A stretch of 2,860 bases of DNA, from the NCBI RefSeq assembly GCF_003334785.1, contig NZ_QOWV01000055.1; one strand, written 5' to 3'. The notes under the pieces are model-generated. The model worked only from the letters and a program-made list of their open reading frames with translations. It was not told the DNA's origin and made no database searches. This stretch comes from Escherichia coli (GTDB lineage Bacteria; Pseudomonadota; Gammaproteobacteria; Enterobacterales; Enterobacteriaceae). A program made the position numbers and the translations under genes. The stretch's first letter is position 1. Each line of letters begins with the position of its first letter. Shown in pieces: positions 1 to 2,860 of this stretch.

Positions 1-81
<81 letters not shown>

Positions 82-865
82 AAGGGGTAAGCTGAAATCG
101 TTTATGGATTACATCGACATATGCCTGGCAGAGAATGTCCGGAATGACGAGGTTATCTTTGCGGAGATTAAGGCAATGGTATACGGGCCGACGTTCCATG
201 CCGCGTTACTACATTCAGCCCGGACGTAAAATGCGCCCGTCAAAAAGAACGGTTCGCTTCGAAACTCAGCCAGGATACCACCTCTCCGCCACACCCGGGA
301 AGAAGTTGATATGGTGGTTGCCGGACAACAGCGCTCCTGGATTGACTGCTGCATCACTCAACCACGCTGAATATCAAAGGAGAGCGTTACCGGTTAAAAG
401 AGAAACGTAAAGCTGTGGTGATGACCCAAAACGCAACGCCTGTCAGTGAGGATGAAATGGTGAAAAGCGGACAGCATCAGTAACGGAAGTATCTTAGCGG
501 GTACGAAAATGGCAGGATCGTGACATTGACAGAATATCTCCTGATCATCCTGAATGACTGCAGTTGCTGTAGAAAAGTAAGCTGTCTCCACCCACGGCAC
601 CACTTAACAGGCATTCCGTAACTTCCCCCAGACTTACTATGACGCATTATCGGTGCACTGAAAACGGGAGAGTGCGCTTAAAACCGCAGACCGCATGCGG
701 GTGTTACTGCATGACAGTCTGGCCGTATTGTGAGATGTCGGCAGGAACCGATGTCCGCGCAGGGGGGAACTTCCTGCAGTACCTGACGCTTCAAATGGTA
801 TTAACCGTAGGGTGTTGTTGGTTCCGGATCGCGGAAATGGGAGCACAGGTCTGCTACGGGGTGTA

Positions 866-900
866 CCTCTGACAGTATATCCGGCTCGCTCATCTGACAG
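866..900 (+). repeat. Direct repeat CCTCTGACAG / CATCTGACAG, 25 bp apart
   Basis: TCTGACAG occurs exactly at 868-875 and 893-900; the 10-mers 866-875 and 891-900 are 9/10 identical. A related TCTTGACAG lies at 957-965. Confidence 0.5.
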
Positions 901-958
901 CCTCTCTCCCGGAAAAGACCAAAAATGAGATCGTCTCCTCAACAGCAGAGAAGAGGTC

Positions 959-986
959 TTGACAGACAGGCTACATTGCATACGAT
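959..986 (+). promoter_or_regulatory. Candidate sigma70-like promoter (TTGACA-N16-TACGAT)
   Basis: Perfect -35 hexamer TTGACA at 959-964, a 16-nt spacer, then TACGAT at 981-986 (4 of 6 matches to TATAAT). Prediction by eye only; -10-like hexamers are common by chance. Confidence 0.3.
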
Positions 987-1049
987 TTATGAAGAAAAAG
1001 ACAGCAAATATGGAGGTTATAGCGGAGAATACCCTACGAAATTCCTATG

Positions 1050-1100
1050 AAAAACGATTGAAAAAAATATCAAATTCGATTCGTTTTTATATGCTTTTTG
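1050..1100 (+). terminator. Weak candidate terminator-like hairpin (AT-rich stem, possibly bidirectional)
   Basis: AAAAACGA (1050-1057) pairs with TCGTTTTT (1081-1088), giving an 8-bp stem with a 23-nt loop, followed by ATATGCTTTTTGG. Only 2 of the 8 pairs are GC and the loop is large, so this is weak. Confidence 0.2.
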
Positions 1101-1303
1101 GGAGCGTGGCGATGACGAACTGTTGCATGTGCAGAGGAGAATGCACCCGGAAGCACCAGAATCATCCAGAAAGGCAGAACGATTACGCATCAAACCAGGA
1201 GACAGCAATATCAAGGTAATATACTGATTTAAAATGAATTTACAGCAATACATAAAAACATTTTTTACTTAAAGGAGACAGATGCGCTGAAGAGAGTGCA
1301 GGT

Positions 1304-1319
1304 ATTTTTATATAAAAAT
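1304..1319. repeat. Perfect 16-bp AT-only palindrome ATTTTTATATAAAAAT
   Basis: The sequence 1304-1319 equals its own reverse complement. It sits in the AT-rich block about 280 bp upstream of the CDS start. Function unknown. Confidence 0.5.
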
Positions 1320-1540
1320 GAGAAGTTTACGGGATGTGTATCCGGCACACTATGACCGGAGAATATCAGTCAAGCTTAAAAAGACAATAAATACAGTGAG
1401 TTAAATACACAGAGAAAACGTAGTATCAGAGGGTACATCTTACAACAGAGACTGAATTTCCGGTTTTTCATAACCGGCGCATTCCGGAAAGTGCAGGCGG
1501 CCCGGAGGTTTTCTGACGCCACTACCTGGTAGATTGTTCT

Positions 1541-1553
1541 GTACATCATGTAC
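1541..1553. repeat. Inverted repeat GTACAT-C-ATGTAC (6-1-6), operator-like
   Basis: Perfect 6-bp arms around a single central C, 48 nt upstream of GTG 1602. A second, CCTGG-centred inverted repeat CTACC-T-GGTAG lies at 1522-1532. Short inverted repeats of this size are expected by chance, so this is a sequence fact with uncertain function. Confidence 0.4.
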
Positions 1554-1601
1554 GGAGGTTTTTGTTTGCTTTTTTAAAATCTGCAAATGTGAGAAAAGCA
1601 G

Positions 1602-2765
1602 GTGAGGTGTATTGTGGGAAAGGAACTGGATGATATCTGCACCAGCTGTCCGTATATCGATGCTGTAAAACGGCACAAACAACAGCTCGGTGCCATAGAG
1701 GAATATACACAGTGGTTAAAAAAAGAACCACGGGCATCTTATTTTTTTCTGTTCCAGCTGTATACCCGCATTCACAATACATTTTTCTCCCAAAAGCAAC
1801 AACTCCCGTTCACTCCCGGTGGCACTCACTGCCCGGAACCTGATGTCACCCTTCGGGACTTAACGCTTTCCCCTGGCTACCACAGTGATTATGCCCCTCA
1901 ACCCATTCCGGAGATGGACAGTTCTGCTGTTGTTCCACCAACTAATGAAAACACCTCGCCTCCGGAAGATACTCCCGACAACACTCCGGCCGGAGGCAAT
2001 ACCGGACAAGCGGAAAAGACCAGAAACGCAGGACTCACACCCATTCCTGAAAAACGTTCAGGAATGCCCCCGGAACATCTGCGGTTTGCCACGGGGTTTC
2101 CATCGCAACCGAAGATTGCCGGTCCCAGAGAAAAGCCGATGCGCACCGTGCATCCGGATAAAATCTACCGTGAAATTATATGGTTCTGCTCCAGTTACCT
2201 GCTGAAATCCGGACCAGAGGCTACGAGGACGATTATCAACTCAGTATTCTCTGAATGGGCCAGCATAAACAATGATTACCCCTCCCCCTTTTCGTGGGTG
2301 GACAGCAGGGACAGTGAACAGTGTGACTGGTTATGGAACGCCATGCAGGTCCGGTGTGTGGGAACCCCGCTGAATCCCCTTACCCCGGAGCAGAAATACT
2401 GGTTTGCCTGCGCCACGTTTGATAACTGGGAGGGCTGGAATGAGCAACAGGTACAGTTTTTACTGGAAAGTAATCCCAGACGGAACAGAGCGAAGTTTAC
2501 GCAGGTCTCCTTCCAGGCCCCCAGGATTCAGCATAAAGCGATTCTTCTTGATGAGCTGAAAAGTGCCCGGGAGCAACAAAAAAGGCGTGATGAACGTGCT
2601 GATGGTTCCGTCCCTCTGAAACTGTCCGGAAAAATCCACAAACAGCTTGAAAGTATTGCCCGAAGTCGTGGTGTCCTCCCAAAAAAACTGCTGAATGAAA
2701 TGATTGAGCAGGCGTACCATGATTTGGTGGCAACCAGGCAGAACAGCCAAATCGATTCCAGATAA
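1602..2765 (+). CDS. Hypothetical protein, 387 aa (383 aa if the GTG at 1614 is the true start). By eye it has four parts: an N-terminal segment with a CxxC motif, a Pro/Thr/Asn-rich low-complexity linker, a Trp-rich central region, and a C-terminal ribbon-helix-helix-like motif. Family not recognised.
   Basis: Longest ORF in the window (1164 nt), stop TAA at 2763-2765, with a strong intrinsic terminator about 30 nt downstream. The sequence reads like a real protein rather than an off-frame translation. The frame opens after TGA 1590-1592; there is no in-frame ATG before codon 105 (1914), so a GTG start is inferred. GAGGT at 1604-1608 lies 5 nt before the GTG at 1614. Low-complexity linker roughly aa 91-186 (nt ~1872-2159). 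Trp-rich region aa ~190-300 (8 Trp, 4 Cys). C-terminal aa ~336-375 (nt ~2607-2726), SVPLKLSGKIHKQLESIARSRGVLPKKLLNEMIEQAYHDL, fits a strand / helix / Gly turn / helix pattern. Confidence 0.75.
   Translation: MRCIVGKELDDICTSCPYIDAVKRHKQQLGAIEEYTQWLKKEPRASYFFLFQLYTRIHNTFFSQKQQLPFTPGGTHCPEPDVTLRDLTLSPGYHSDYAPQPIPEMDSSAVVPPTNENTSPPEDTPDNTPAGGNTGQAEKTRNAGLTPIPEKRSGMPPEHLRFATGFPSQPKIAGPREKPMRTVHPDKIYREIIWFCSSYLLKSGPEATRTIINSVFSEWASINNDYPSPFSWVDSRDSEQCDWLWNAMQVRCVGTPLNPLTPEQKYWFACATFDNWEGWNEQQVQFLLESNPRRNRAKFTQVSFQAPRIQHKAILLDELKSAREQQKRRDERADGSVPLKLSGKIHKQLESIARSRGVLPKKLLNEMIEQAYHDLVATRQNSQIDSR
1604..1608 (+). promoter_or_regulatory. Putative Shine-Dalgarno (GAGGT) for the GTG at 1614
   Basis: GAGGT matches the core of the AGGAGGU consensus and sits 5 nt upstream of the in-frame GTG at 1614. 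The GTG at 1602, which the ORF track uses, has no SD at a workable spacing. Confidence 0.3.
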
Positions 2766-2793
2766 TTTCAGACAGATATTATTTCCGTGAATC

Positions 2794-2832
2794 CCCCGCC
2801 ACCTTTCCGGTGCGCGGGGTTTTGTCTTTTTT
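2794..2832 (+). terminator. Rho-independent terminator for the 1602..2765 CDS
   Basis: GC-rich hairpin: CCCCGCCACC (2794-2803) pairs with GGTGCGCGGGG (2809-2819), about 10 bp with one bulged C and a 5-nt loop TTTCC. It is followed directly by the T-tract TTTTGTCTTTTTT (2820-2832). Confidence 0.8.
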
Positions 2833-2860
2833 CACCGGGAATACATGTATGAATCCGTCT

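Noticed and set aside
251-264. tRNA T-arm-like GGTTCGCTTCGAAAC
   Set aside because: No acceptor stem, anticodon arm or CCA-proximal structure around it; only a superficial resemblance to GGTTCGAATCC.
762-767. G6 homopolymer as a phase-variation tract
   Set aside because: Six G's is short for slipped-strand phase variation, and it is not inside or just upstream of a supported gene.
639-872. Plus-strand 77-aa ORF in the GC-richer block
   Set aside because: Cys/Trp-rich translation with no SD upstream of the ATG (C-rich context); looks non-coding.
109-981. Three minus-strand ORFs in one frame (109..357, 394..603, 637..981), considered as a single pseudogene
   Set aside because: The translations are dominated by Ser/Arg/Leu/Thr/Pro, as in non-coding sequence. 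One or two open frames of ~100 codons are expected by chance in a window this size. I could not recognise any protein. Left for BLASTX to settle.
1107-1127. Sigma54-like TGGC...TTGCA
   Set aside because: The GG-to-GC spacing is about 16 nt instead of the required 10-12, so it does not fit the -24/-12 architecture.
1440-1782. Minus-strand ORFs 1440..1682 (80 aa) and 1546..1782 (78 aa) overlapping the start of the main CDS
   Set aside because: They overlap each other and the 5' end of the main CDS in antisense; no SD or promoter support.
1898-2146. Minus-strand 82-aa ORF antisense to the main CDS
   Set aside because: Antisense overlap with the better-supported CDS; Gly/Ser/Pro-rich low-complexity translation consistent with an antisense shadow ORF.
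1885-2205. Plus-strand 106-aa ORF in an alternative frame inside the main CDS
   Set aside because: Lies entirely within the 1602..2765 CDS in a different frame. The translation is Arg/Pro/Leu-rich, typical of off-frame reading, and no SD was seen.
2460-2750. Minus-strand ORFs of 96 aa (2460..2750) and 78 aa (2497..2733) antisense to the 3' end of the main CDS
   Set aside because: Both are antisense to the region encoding the RHH-like motif and are followed by a terminator oriented for the plus strand; judged spurious.
1602-2765. Reverse transcriptase, retron or type III effector identity for the main protein
   Set aside because: No YxDD motif or RT-like block, no WxxxE motif, and no tandem RNA repeats upstream as in type III toxin-antitoxin systems; nothing in the sequence supports these.
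2786-2852. Short matches to ERIC (GTGAATCCCC) and IS1 (GTATGAATCC, also ATGACAGTCT at 711-720)
   Set aside because: Only ~10-nt identities, which are expected by chance at this window size. No extended similarity or terminal inverted repeats recalled.

Overview
Working from sequence alone, I can support one confident gene: a plus-strand CDS at 1602..2765 (387 aa, GTG start) followed by a clear intrinsic terminator at 2794..2832. I do not recognise the protein family; the only functional hint is a C-terminal segment whose pattern resembles a ribbon-helix-helix DNA-binding motif. Upstream of the gene, about 1.37 kb (230..1601) has no convincing coding sequence, with a GC-richer block (~600..900) and an AT-rich block (~1200..1450). 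In that region I see clustered TGACA(G) motifs, several inverted repeats and a few promoter-like or terminator-like candidates, all low confidence. I found no rRNA, tRNA, CRISPR array, reverse transcriptase or recognisable IS element. Whether this is a novel system is an open hypothesis: the best candidate is an orphan putative DNA-binding protein with an unusually long, motif-rich leader. Nothing here was checked by database search or folding.
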